From the IMG/VR virus record IMGVR_UViG_3300022178_000020: DNA of 64,000 nucleotides. One strand, given 5' to 3'. Position 1 is the first letter of the stretch. Each line of letters starts with the position of its first letter. Of this stretch, positions 50,873 to 60,004 are shown piece by piece. The stretch is from an uncultured virus (IMG/VR IMGVR_UViG_3300022178_000020) (lineage: Duplodnaviria; Heunggongvirae; Uroviricota; Caudoviricetes). The position numbers were made by a program, and so were the translations under genes. Below the pieces are notes generated by a model. That model had not been told where the DNA came from. It was given only the letters and a program-made list of their open reading frames with translations, and ran no database searches.

Positions 50873-51970
50873 TTAATTAATACCTGCTAATCTTTTAAAG
50901 CGTGACACCATAGCATCCTCTGGAATGATATTCTCAGTTAGAGGGCGTTTTGGAGCTACACCTGCAGGCTTGGAAGCCATACCCATTGCTTCTCTTATAT
51001 TAGACTTAGGAGATTTAACAACTAAGTTTTCGCTAAGAGTAGAATAAATAGCTTTAGCTTCTTTTACTGTTTCGGCTCTATCAAAAGCCTTTAAAACCTT
51101 AATTTTCTGATTTTCTGTTAAGGTTTTAGCCTTGAAAATCTTATTAGTATAGAGTAACTTGGAATTTAATAAATTGACTTCATTAAGTTCAGAACGTAAA
51201 TGAGAAATTGCGGATTGGGATTCTTTAAGATCTTTTTCAAGCTTCTTCTTTTCATCAGCCTTTCCATCTAGATAGCCTTCTTCTTCGGCATCTGTTCTAG
51301 CATTTTCTTCCAATTCAATTTCTTCAGTATCAGTAACATCAACTGTTACGTCTACATCTTCAATTTCCTCTTCGTCATCAACAAATTCAACAGCGTCTCC
51401 GCCTGCTTCTAAGTCGCCTGAGGATACCATGTCTTCGATTACATCTTCGATCATAGCTTTTAATTCCTCTTCACTCATATCGTCCAGATCAATTTCATCA
51501 TCGTCCTCACCTGCTTCTTTGCCCTTTTCGTATTCAAACTTGTCTACGTCAGCGCGTTCAGCTTCTGATTCCTCTGATAAATCTTCCTTTTCGTCTTTCA
51601 TGCCATCTAAATAGCCCTCTTCTTCGGCATCTGTTCTAGCATTCTCATCTAAACCTTCTAGCTCAGCTAGAATTTCATCAAGGTTGAATTCCTCATCGAG
51701 TTCCTCTTCCTCTTTGATTTTTCGCATCTTCATAGTTTCGGCTTCCGCCTTATTATCGTAAGTGCGATCATCTCCTTCTGCCTTTTCTTTTTTAGTCATG
51801 TATTCTTTCTTTTCGTCGAGTTCCTCCATTTCGTGGATTTTCTCAGAAAGCATGTCTTTAAGATGAGGTGTGAAGGCTTCTTCTAAAGCTGCTTTCGCAT
51901 TAGCGATAGCAGTTTCTCTGACAGCTTTTGCATCAGCAATAGCTTCTTCTAACAAATTTCTATTTGCCAT
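50873..51970 (-). CDS. Prohead core scaffold protein (gp22-like)
   Basis: Very acidic, many L-x-E sites, LNEVNLLNSKLLY, C-terminal RFKRLAGI; between protease and capsid genes. Confidence 0.8.
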   Translation of the reverse strand: MANRNLLEEAIADAKAVRETAIANAKAALEEAFTPHLKDMLSEKIHEMEELDEKKEYMTKKEKAEGDDRTYDNKAEAETMKMRKIKEEEELDEEFNLDEILAELEGLDENARTDAEEEGYLDGMKDEKEDLSEESEAERADVDKFEYEKGKEAGEDDDEIDLDDMSEEELKAMIEDVIEDMVSSGDLEAGGDAVEFVDDEEEIEDVDVTVDVTDTEEIELEENARTDAEEEGYLDGKADEKKKLEKDLKESQSAISHLRSELNEVNLLNSKLLYTNKIFKAKTLTENQKIKVLKAFDRAETVKEAKAIYSTLSENLVVKSPKSNIREAMGMASKPAGVAPKRPLTENIIPEDAMVSRFKRLAGIN

Positions 51971-52083
51971 TGTTCCTAAATTTTTTTGGAAAATACGCTT
52001 ATTCTGTAGAAGCGTAATAGTGATTAATAATTTAAATCAAATGTTGTATAGACTGACAACATATTCTTGTGATAAATATATAG

Positions 52084-52118
52084 AAAAAAAGAGAGACACA
52101 ATTTCTTGCATCTCTCTT
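52084..52118 (-). terminator. Intrinsic terminator after the prohead protease gene
   Basis: Minus strand GAGAGATGCAA-GAAA-TTGTGTCTCTC followed by T7. Confidence 0.75.
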
Positions 52119-52140
52119 ACTCTTCTATACCTAGAAAAAA

Positions 52141-52758
52141 TTATATAATAGGGCACTGTCCATTATTACAAAGGATCTCTGTAATAATTTCGTTTATTTT
52201 ATGATATGTGTTGGGAACCGTAGTAGAGGGGTCTAAACCTTCACTTATAGGGTGGACATATGCTCCTGGGGTAGAGGGAGTTGATACAAAATCCCAACAT
52301 AGTAATTCGAAATCATCTTGTACTTCTTGGACTCCATTAGAATTAGGTTGTAAACTACCCATTCCTCTAGATGAAACACCGACTGTAATCCCGTTTCGGA
52401 ATAACTCTGTTAGAATATTACCTGATGGGGTGGGGAGGATTTCAATAGTGCCTACTACATCATCACCTTCCCAACGGATATTTTTTATATTATGTGAAAC
52501 ATTTTTTAAATTGATAATAGAGGAATCAGGGTGATCTAATTCACCTAATGCTCTATTTTCTTTAATAGGACCATCAATATAGTTTTTTACTTCTCTTTCT
52601 AAAATTTCTCTAGGATAGTACCTACCATTACCGTTTTTTGTTTCGGCGGTTTGTAGTCTACCCTCAACTATTAAATTACCATTATCCGTTTTAAGGGCTT
52701 CGGTAATTGCTTGGGGTGCAATTTTAAAAAACTGAGTATCTATGAGGGTCTGTCTCAT
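52141..52758 (-). CDS. Prohead core protease (gp21-like)
   Basis: NGNGRYYP, ALGELDHP, GVSSRGMGS, DFVSTPS. Confidence 0.95.
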   Translation of the reverse strand: MRQTLIDTQFFKIAPQAITEALKTDNGNLIVEGRLQTAETKNGNGRYYPREILEREVKNYIDGPIKENRALGELDHPDSSIINLKNVSHNIKNIRWEGDDVVGTIEILPTPSGNILTELFRNGITVGVSSRGMGSLQPNSNGVQEVQDDFELLCWDFVSTPSTPGAYVHPISEGLDPSTTVPNTYHKINEIITEILCNNGQCPII

Positions 52759-53609
52759 TATCCCATAGTATTAGCGTCAGCCGTTACTTCCATTAACTTT
52801 TTTTCTAATAAAGCAACTTCTTTTTGGACTGATTGTACTGCTGATTGGTTAATGAATTCAGAAATAGATTCATCTTCGTTTACCATAAGAGCACTTTTTC
52901 TTTCAGCAATAGCTCTTTCGTAGATTTTAGCTTCAACTCTTTTTTTAGCTACTTCTCCTAGACGTTTTGCTTCTTTCATAATGTCTTTCATACCCATTCG
53001 GCCCTCTTTCTTAGCTTCTTTTTTCTTATCTTTCTTTTCGTCTTTCATGCCATCTAAATAGCCCTCTTCTTCGGCATCTGTTCTAGCATTCTCGGATAAA
53101 TAAGCTTCAAATTTAGTTTCATAAGAGGTTTGTTTGCGTTCTGCAAATGGGTTTCCTATTGAGGGGATACCTGCTACTGCTTCTTCTAATAGTTCTTTTA
53201 ATTGTTCGGACTTTTTCATGTTATTTTCTTTTATATCTCCATAGCCGGAGGATTTATGTTCACCTTTAGGTTCTTCTTGTAATTTAGATTCTTCATAACC
53301 TATACCATCAACTTGAAATGCTGCATTTTTCATATAGTATGTAGGGTCTTCTCCTAATTTTTTAACTACTATGTCTATAGCTTCATCTTTGTGGAGTTTA
53401 GGGTTTTGTCTAATTTCAAAAGATACCCCATTATGAAGCTGGCCAGGGTTTAGATTATTAAAAAGTTTATGGTCTTCATAATCCCACCCTTTAGTATCCT
53501 GCTCGTTTGCTTTTTTAGTAGCTTTCTTTTTAGTAGCTTTCTTTTTAGTAGATTTCGTTTCCGCTTCTGCTAAATAGTTTTTAAAATTATATATGATATT
53601 GCTTGACAT
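52758..53609 (-). CDS. Putative internal head / core protein
   Basis: Highly charged, KKKAT repeats, L-x-E sites, shares a cassette with the scaffold gene. Confidence 0.6.
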   Translation of the reverse strand: MSSNIIYNFKNYLAEAETKSTKKKATKKKATKKANEQDTKGWDYEDHKLFNNLNPGQLHNGVSFEIRQNPKLHKDEAIDIVVKKLGEDPTYYMKNAAFQVDGIGYEESKLQEEPKGEHKSSGYGDIKENNMKKSEQLKELLEEAVAGIPSIGNPFAERKQTSYETKFEAYLSENARTDAEEEGYLDGMKDEKKDKKKEAKKEGRMGMKDIMKEAKRLGEVAKKRVEAKIYERAIAERKSALMVNEDESISEFINQSAVQSVQKEVALLEKKLMEVTADANTMG

Positions 53610-53620
53610 GGTGATAAATA

Positions 53621-54148
53621 TTAATCTTTATACAAATCTATATAATCAACGGCTTTAGATTTTTTTCTAAGTTCTTTTTGATTAACGGGTTTGTATCCTA
53701 TTGAGGTGTATTGAGAGGTATTGGCTTTACCAAACGCATAAGGAGTATTGTACCCCATTCCTGCCATTTCTTTAATGCTACTTTTTACTAAGGAGTATTG
53801 ATCCGGATAATTTTTTCTAAAATAAGTCCTAAATGAGTTAAATGTATCAATTACTTGGTTAGCTTCTTTTTGAAAGGGTACATCTCCTTTTAAATCGGGG
53901 CTTGAATAAAGGGATTTAGCTGAGTTTTTGGCTTGTCCTAGATTTTTATATAAGTCAACAAAACTAGCTAAACGCAATACTAGATGTTCTTTGCCTCCTC
54001 CTTCTGATTTATATTTGGGGTTATATTTGTAATAAGTAGCTAAGTTCGGGCTAAAGAAATCTTCTTCAACATTAACTTCCCCATACCGATCTTCAACCCT
54101 TTTAAGGAATTCAGGTGATAAATCTTTAGGTTTAATAATTTCAGCCAT
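53621..54148 (-). CDS. Hypothetical head-block protein
   Basis: 175 aa, GYNTPYAFGK near the C-terminus. Confidence 0.6.
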   Translation of the reverse strand: MAEIIKPKDLSPEFLKRVEDRYGEVNVEEDFFSPNLATYYKYNPKYKSEGGGKEHLVLRLASFVDLYKNLGQAKNSAKSLYSSPDLKGDVPFQKEANQVIDTFNSFRTYFRKNYPDQYSLVKSSIKEMAGMGYNTPYAFGKANTSQYTSIGYKPVNQKELRKKSKAVDYIDLYKD

Positions 54149-55005
54149 TATTTAGTTGTTTTAGATAATTCCTCAGTTAATTCATAATACTGTAGGAGGT
54201 TAATTAAATCATTATTGTTAATTCTTGAACCTTTATCTATTTCTTTAAGCAATTTTACTACTTCCAACAATTTAATTTTAGTAACACTATCTTCTACTTT
54301 TTCAGCTTGAGTATTTAGTGTCACTTTCACTTCAGCAATTTTAGTATTATATATTTCTTTTAAACGTGGAGTATTATCAATAGAGTTAATGAATTCTCTA
54401 AGAATTTCTTTTTGCCCTTCATTTAAATTAGAGTATTTACCATTAAATTTTTCAAGCATTACTTTGTAAGTAAGAATTCTTAAATCTTTATCATACTTAC
54501 CAAATTCTTCTATTAAGTTTTCTTTAACTTTTTTTTCATTTACTATTTTTTCTGTTAAGTTTTCTAATATAGTTACTTTATTAGAAATAATTTCATCAGT
54601 TTCAGATAGTTTGTCTGAGTTGTAGATTTCTACTAATTTATATAATGCAGCGTATCCTTTATAATTAGGAACTTGGTGTTTAAAAAATTCCTCTAAATTA
54701 TAATTTTTACGAATCTCGTTTATTAAATTGTATTTTTCCCTTCTTAAGGTACTCCTATTTAATTTTCGAGCAGCTTCTAATACAGTATTTAGTGTAATTT
54801 CAGCTTTGGTTTCACTAATATTTTTATTTTTAAATAAAGTTTCGTAAAGTTTATATTCTTTTCCTAATTCAGTCTTAGCAAATGATTTTTTTAGAATTTT
54901 AAGTGAGGCAGATTCACCTCCTGATAGGGCATCAGCAGTTATCTGTCTTACTAAAAGCTCAAATAAAAGGCCGGTGTTTTTATACTTAGAATGTTTGATT
55001 CTCAT
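54148..55005 (-). CDS. Hypothetical head-block protein
   Basis: KHSKYKNTGLLFELLVRQIT; immediately downstream of the portal gene. Confidence 0.7.
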   Translation of the reverse strand: MRIKHSKYKNTGLLFELLVRQITADALSGGESASLKILKKSFAKTELGKEYKLYETLFKNKNISETKAEITLNTVLEAARKLNRSTLRREKYNLINEIRKNYNLEEFFKHQVPNYKGYAALYKLVEIYNSDKLSETDEIISNKVTILENLTEKIVNEKKVKENLIEEFGKYDKDLRILTYKVMLEKFNGKYSNLNEGQKEILREFINSIDNTPRLKEIYNTKIAEVKVTLNTQAEKVEDSVTKIKLLEVVKLLKEIDKGSRINNNDLINLLQYYELTEELSKTTK

Positions 55006-55037
55006 CGATGGGCTTTTTTATAAATATATAAAGATTT

Positions 55038-56939
55038 TCACTCCTTTAAGTTACCTTCATCTAATAATGACTCATCTTGCTCAAATACTAATTGTTTGCG
55101 ATTAACAGGTATTTTTTTAAGCATATCTTTATTCTGCAGATATGTTGTTTTGGCTTCTAAAGCTAAAGGAGAATTTCCTTTATATGTAGATTTTCTAGAA
55201 TCAGACTCATTTTCAACACCTTTCATAGCCTTTACACCTAATCTATCTTTACCAAAGGCGTTATCTTGAGTATTACGATTTGATGAATTTTCTTTGGGTC
55301 TGCCTAGATCACTTTGATTATAATCAGTAGGTACATTATCAGGTTCATCATAATATCTACCTTTACCATACATAGTAGCTAAATCATGTGGAGTACCATA
55401 TGAAGCTCCGGTTTCTTGAGGATCGTTTCCTTCGGTTTCGATTTGCGCGTTACGGAAGGCACGTTTAGCATCCTCTCTAACCAAATCTCTAAATTCTACA
55501 TACTCATCTTCACTCATATCAAACAGGTGATCATAAATAAAGTCTGTAGGGAATAGCTTAGTCTCCATCATTTGAGCTGCTAAGTCCATTTTTTCTTTCA
55601 TTAATACAACTCTCTCCTGTTCATAAATGATAGAAGGTATAGTTAAATTAAGTTCGAAATTTGTTAATTCTTCCCCATCATAACCTTGGGTGTAGAGGTG
55701 AACAACTGCAATTTTATATAATTCTGAGAGAACGATCTTTTGGATACGTTCTACAGTGCGTGCAAATCTAATATCTTCTGATGCTAAAGTTGCTTTACCT
55801 CCTGTGTTTTCATCATATCCTAAAAATGCCTTTGGTACTTTAAGAGCTGCAAATAATTTATCTCTTAAGTATTCAACGTCTTGAATTCCATCATATTGTA
55901 AGCCTGGGGTGGTATCAATTTTAGTAGTGGTGTCATTACCTCTCATAGGAATATAAAAATCCTCTAACATGTTTTGCATGTTATATTTGAGATTATAGTC
56001 CCCAGTTTCTTGATCCATATAGGGAGTGCGTTTCATTTTTGAAATAGTCTTCTGCATGAAGTTTTCTATTTCAGCAGGTGGTATAGCTCCTACATTTATA
56101 TAAAAAATACGTTTTTCAGGTGCTCTTACAATTCTATGTACTAACATAGCATCCTCCATTAAAACATACTGTTTAAAGAGTTTACGTGCGGGTTCTATGT
56201 AGCTTCTACCATATGGGAGGTAGTTTACATCTGAGAGTAGTCTAAAGTGGGCAATTTCATAATTGTCAAAGTAAATAGCATTCCGATTGTTATAGTCTGA
56301 AGTTGAGGTTGAGGTTCCATAGTAACCCCCGTATTCACCACCCCCACTTAACCCATCAGGATCAAATTTAAATTTGACTTCTACATCATGTTTATTTTCT
56401 CCAATTTTTTCTTCTCTTATGATATTATAAGCAGTATAAGGTATAACATTATATACACCAAATTTATCTGCTATTTCCAATTTAAGAAAAAAGTCACCAT
56501 ACTTACACATTTGGCGAACCCACATCCATAAATTAAATTCTATATTTAATACATCATAAAATAAATTATATAGAATTTTTTGTAAATGCTCATCAGAACT
56601 TTTTATTTGGATCACCTCACCCATTGAATTTTTAAGAGTGGATTCATCAGCTATTATATCAAGGGCTGATGCTACTATAGCATCAGTATCCATAGCTTCG
56701 TAATCCCTATAAAGTTGTGGTCTAAGGGTTTGGTAATTTATTCCAGGGTTGTAAATTCCTATTGAGTTAGTAGTATACAAACGATTGTACCTATCAACCA
56801 TGGAATTAGTTTCTAATTGACCTGCTTGTTGAAATTCATCAAAGTCTAAAACTTTAAGTTGATTTCCTCCGGTATTGCGGATTATTACATCCGTAGAGAA
56901 TAATCTCTTTAATCTTGTAAATATGCTTGTATCGGCCAT
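55038..56939 (-). CDS. Portal protein (gp20-like)
   Basis: MEDAMLVHRIVRAPEKRIFYI, MLEDFYIP, LFAALKVP, EDIRFAR. Confidence 0.95.
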   Translation of the reverse strand: MADTSIFTRLKRLFSTDVIIRNTGGNQLKVLDFDEFQQAGQLETNSMVDRYNRLYTTNSIGIYNPGINYQTLRPQLYRDYEAMDTDAIVASALDIIADESTLKNSMGEVIQIKSSDEHLQKILYNLFYDVLNIEFNLWMWVRQMCKYGDFFLKLEIADKFGVYNVIPYTAYNIIREEKIGENKHDVEVKFKFDPDGLSGGGEYGGYYGTSTSTSDYNNRNAIYFDNYEIAHFRLLSDVNYLPYGRSYIEPARKLFKQYVLMEDAMLVHRIVRAPEKRIFYINVGAIPPAEIENFMQKTISKMKRTPYMDQETGDYNLKYNMQNMLEDFYIPMRGNDTTTKIDTTPGLQYDGIQDVEYLRDKLFAALKVPKAFLGYDENTGGKATLASEDIRFARTVERIQKIVLSELYKIAVVHLYTQGYDGEELTNFELNLTIPSIIYEQERVVLMKEKMDLAAQMMETKLFPTDFIYDHLFDMSEDEYVEFRDLVREDAKRAFRNAQIETEGNDPQETGASYGTPHDLATMYGKGRYYDEPDNVPTDYNQSDLGRPKENSSNRNTQDNAFGKDRLGVKAMKGVENESDSRKSTYKGNSPLALEAKTTYLQNKDMLKKIPVNRKQLVFEQDESLLDEGNLKE

Positions 56940-56946
56940 AGTATAT

Positions 56947-56978
56947 TAAATATACGAATAAATATTACAAAAGCCAAC
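56947..56978 (-). promoter_or_regulatory. Host-type promoter candidate with a nested late motif, upstream of the portal gene
   Basis: GTTG-N20-TATATTTA, with ATATTTAT inside the spacer. Confidence 0.5.
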
Positions 56979-58536
56979 TAAAATCCTCAGTTCCCCCTTT
57001 TCCATCATCCATAGTATAAGGATTATCTAGTCCTGTAGAGAAGTAAGCTCCTTGGTAGTTGGTTGTGGTTTTTGAAAAGGATCCTAAAGCTGCCTTTGTT
57101 ATATCTACTCCGTGTTGTTTAAATTTTAATGCTGTGTCTCTAACGTATAATCCCATACCAAAACTCATAATTAAATCGTCATTATAGCCTCCTTGAGCTT
57201 CAGCCCTGCCATGTTTCCATATAAACGTTTTCATTTCTTCTAGTAAGCGTTTTGATTGGATTGTAACACCTCTATCTGCTACATATTCTTGAAATTTACC
57301 TATTACCATAGGGCGAGTTCTTGTTGACATAGTAAAACCTGCAGTCATACTTGAATTATTTTCATAATTTTGTAAATAAGAATCTACATTTATATTATCG
57401 GATTTAGGTGAGTAGTATAAATTAGAATAATTACGTTCAATAATAGTTTGAATTGTACTCCATCCAATGTTAGCATTTTCCACTATGAGTAGGGCATTGT
57501 TATATTCGGTAGCAATTGCTGTAAGAATATTACCAAAGTCTTTAGTACCTACTTGGCCTTTATATTCACCTACTTGAGTAGCCGATTCTACATCAAAAAT
57601 GTGAAAAGCTGAGTAATCCTTACCATCTCCTCTAGCTACGTCTGCTGAGATAAGGTATTGTCTTGAATAATCGGCTGATTCCCAAATCCATAAATTTTGG
57701 TCTGCACCTCTTCTTTCTAAAGGTTCTTTAAGTGTAGATTTTTCTATAAATTCTAGATATTCAGGGTAAAATACAATGTCACCTGAGGTGCTAAAGTCGC
57801 AGTCACATTCTTGTGCTGCCATTCTAGGATCTCCTAGTAGTTCATCTTGTCTATCTCTCCACACTTGGTCTCGTTCAGGGTGGACATACCAAGGTAATTT
57901 AATAGGTAAGAATTCATTTTCTGAGGATTCTGCTCTAACCCATGTTTGGTGGAACCAATTTCCAGTACCATAAGGTGTTGAAAGAGCAATACACCCTCCA
58001 CCAGTAGCAAGTGTTTGCTGTGCTGAGGCCCATATTTCTCCAATATTATCAATGAAGGCAGCCTCATCAATTAGCAAAAGGGAAACTGCTTCGGATCTAC
58101 CTGCATCACTAGATGCTGATGTGGCTTTAATTTGAGACCCGTTTGTTAGTCGAAGGGTTAGTTTGTTGTTTTCTTCAAAATCTACTTTAAGCCAAGAAGG
58201 TAAATTTTCATACATAAATTTAACCTTTGTAACCATGTTTTTAGCGGTTTCTTGCTTGGTAGCTATGCATAAAATATTTTTATCTTCATGGAAAATCATC
58301 ATCCATAGCGAGTACCCCGCAGATAGTGTTGAAATGCCTAATTGACGCGATTTTAAAATAATAGAATAAGGATTGTCTTCAAATAGTTTTAAGACTTTTT
58401 CTTGAAAAGGGTATAAATGGAACTGTATTCTACCCCTTTGTGGGTGTTGAATCATACAATACTTCTTCATGAAGTGTATAGGATCCTGGGCGCACTTTAC
58501 ATATTCTTGCCTTATTATTTTTTTAAGGTTACTCAT
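56965..58536 (-). CDS. Terminase large subunit (gp17-like)
   Basis: LYPFQ, KSRQLGIST, LIDEAAFI, STPYG, ADVARGDGKDYS, NDDLIM. Confidence 0.95.
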   Translation of the reverse strand: MSNLKKIIRQEYVKCAQDPIHFMKKYCMIQHPQRGRIQFHLYPFQEKVLKLFEDNPYSIILKSRQLGISTLSAGYSLWMMIFHEDKNILCIATKQETAKNMVTKVKFMYENLPSWLKVDFEENNKLTLRLTNGSQIKATSASSDAGRSEAVSLLLIDEAAFIDNIGEIWASAQQTLATGGGCIALSTPYGTGNWFHQTWVRAESSENEFLPIKLPWYVHPERDQVWRDRQDELLGDPRMAAQECDCDFSTSGDIVFYPEYLEFIEKSTLKEPLERRGADQNLWIWESADYSRQYLISADVARGDGKDYSAFHIFDVESATQVGEYKGQVGTKDFGNILTAIATEYNNALLIVENANIGWSTIQTIIERNYSNLYYSPKSDNINVDSYLQNYENNSSMTAGFTMSTRTRPMVIGKFQEYVADRGVTIQSKRLLEEMKTFIWKHGRAEAQGGYNDDLIMSFGMGLYVRDTALKFKQHGVDITKAALGSFSKTTTNYQGAYFSTGLDNPYTMDDGKGGTEDFSWLL

Positions 58537-58901
58537 TTAGGAAGTGTATAATCTACAGCATTTAAAAAAAGTATAGTGCCTACTACCCCTATCCAGGGTT
58601 TATTGTACCATTTATCTACTTGATTTAAACGTTTATCATACAATTCAATTTGTTCATTTAATAGTTGAACTTCTTGATTTTTATAAGATAATAATAAACT
58701 ATCTTGTGTGGTTAAATTTTTAAGTAAAACCAATTCAGTTTCTAAATTAGAAATATAAATAGTTTTAATAGAATCTTGAGTTTGTAAAGTATCTAGGGCT
58801 AAGAAAAACTCCTCAAGTTCCGATGAAGGAATTTGAAGAGTATCTTGTGAATAGCAAATACTAGATATTCCTAATAGTAATAACGTTAGTAATTGCTTCA
58901 T
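58533..58901 (-). CDS. Signal-peptide coiled-coil protein with a C-terminal hydrophobic tail
   Basis: MKQLLTLLLLGISSICYSQ signal; PWIGVVGTILFL tail. Confidence 0.6.
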   Translation of the reverse strand: MKQLLTLLLLGISSICYSQDTLQIPSSELEEFFLALDTLQTQDSIKTIYISNLETELVLLKNLTTQDSLLLSYKNQEVQLLNEQIELYDKRLNQVDKWYNKPWIGVVGTILFLNAVDYTLPK

Positions 58902-59212
58902 GATTTAGTTTTTGGACGGCCCGGGCCTTTTTTACGATATTTATCTTCAAAATTTTTAACCGTTTTTTTAGCAGTAGTAGTATCCTTAACTTTAGCTTTT
59001 ATTTCGGATGTCTTAATTTTTTGATTTTTAATAGCTTTTTTAGTTTCTACTTTTTTAGTTTCTACTTTTTTAGCTTGAGTTTTTATAACTTTTATTTCTT
59101 CTTTATTATCTTTTATTTGATTTTTAGTTACTTTTTTGTTTTTAAAGTAAATAAAAGTAAACAAAAGTACGAAAAGTAAATTAATAATAACGTATATTTT
59201 CCAAGATTCCAT
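58898..59212 (-). CDS. N-terminally membrane-anchored Lys-rich protein
   Basis: Hydrophobic residues ~6-23 followed by KKVET repeats. Confidence 0.6.
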   Translation of the reverse strand: MESWKIYVIINLLFVLLFTFIYFKNKKVTKNQIKDNKEEIKVIKTQAKKVETKKVETKKAIKNQKIKTSEIKAKVKDTTTAKKTVKNFEDKYRKKGPGRPKTKS

Positions 59213-59223
59213 GATTATAAATA

Positions 59224-59745
59224 TTAATATTTAATAGTTTTTAAAACCTGGTTAATGCGTTCTTCAGTTGTTCCACTAATAGTATAAAAGACAGGACGAT
59301 GTTTAGATAAAAGTTTTTGAATAGTTTTATCAATTTCATTTCTATATTCAATATTTGTTTCACGTACCCCATTATCTTCAATATCTAGTCCCTCTGGGGA
59401 GATATAGAATATGTAATCGTATTGGTAAAGGAAGCGCTTAGCATATGTTTCAAAGGCATCAGCATCTATATAACTCGTATAAGTAGCACAATTAGTAAAA
59501 GCCATTACATCAAGAATCGTTCTATCAGTAACAATTTTTTCTTGCATTAATTCAGTAACACGTTCTGCTAAAAATATAGTTTGCCCTTCAATAGTAGTTT
59601 TATGATTCAATGGTATCCCCAATGAATTAAGATATTTACTACGTTCTGTTGCAAATTTATAACCCTTAAATTCAGGTAATTCTTTCAACGCATTTACAAG
59701 CGTTGTTTTACCTACTGACATTGTTCCACAAAAACCTATTTTCAT
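59224..59745 (-). CDS. P-loop NTPase / nucleotide-kinase-like (AAA_28)
   Basis: GTMSVGKTT, DRTILD, YDYIFY, EDNGVR. Confidence 0.8.
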   Translation of the reverse strand: MKIGFCGTMSVGKTTLVNALKELPEFKGYKFATERSKYLNSLGIPLNHKTTIEGQTIFLAERVTELMQEKIVTDRTILDVMAFTNCATYTSYIDADAFETYAKRFLYQYDYIFYISPEGLDIEDNGVRETNIEYRNEIDKTIQKLLSKHRPVFYTISGTTEERINQVLKTIKY

Positions 59746-59746
59746 T

Positions 59747-60004
59747 TTAACCAGCGTTTCGGGTTGATTCTCTCATTGCAGGATTCTTGTACCAAGGTAC
59801 ACCATTCTTTTCTCTTTTAACTTCCTTCCATTCATCTTCAGTATGGTAGATACCGTAAATATAATATTCCCTTTGCCGGTAAACACCCTTACGTATAAGA
59901 GCAGGCCCTTCCCAATTATGTAATTTACCATCCCAATGGTGTACTATAGTTCCATCAGGAGTTTTAGTTCGTTTTGGCTTAGGCCATTTGTTATTTTGTT
60001 CCAT
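59747..60004 (-). CDS. Hypothetical protein
   Basis: GKLHNWEGPALI...EYYIYG. Confidence 0.65.
   Translation of the reverse strand: MEQNNKWPKPKRTKTPDGTIVHHWDGKLHNWEGPALIRKGVYRQREYYIYGIYHTEDEWKEVKREKNGVPWYKNPAMRESTRNAG

Larger units (their letters stand above)
51248..53093. repeat. Dispersed 60-bp coding repeat: 51587-51646 and 53034-53093 identical, 51248-51307 diverged
   Basis: All three encode ENARTDAEEEGYLDG(MK/KA)DEK. Confidence 0.9.

Noticed and set aside
53510..53552. 15-bp tandem repeat (KKKAT), and similar short repeats near 30945-31010 and 59035-59075
   Set aside because: Ordinary low-complexity coding slippage; no evidence of phase variation since unit lengths are multiples of three
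75..59224. Plus-strand TATAAATA as true T4 late promoters driving antisense genes
   Set aside because: They would point into the 3' ends of minus-strand genes with no plus-strand ORFs; their position tracks minus-strand start codons. Antisense transcription cannot be fully excluded
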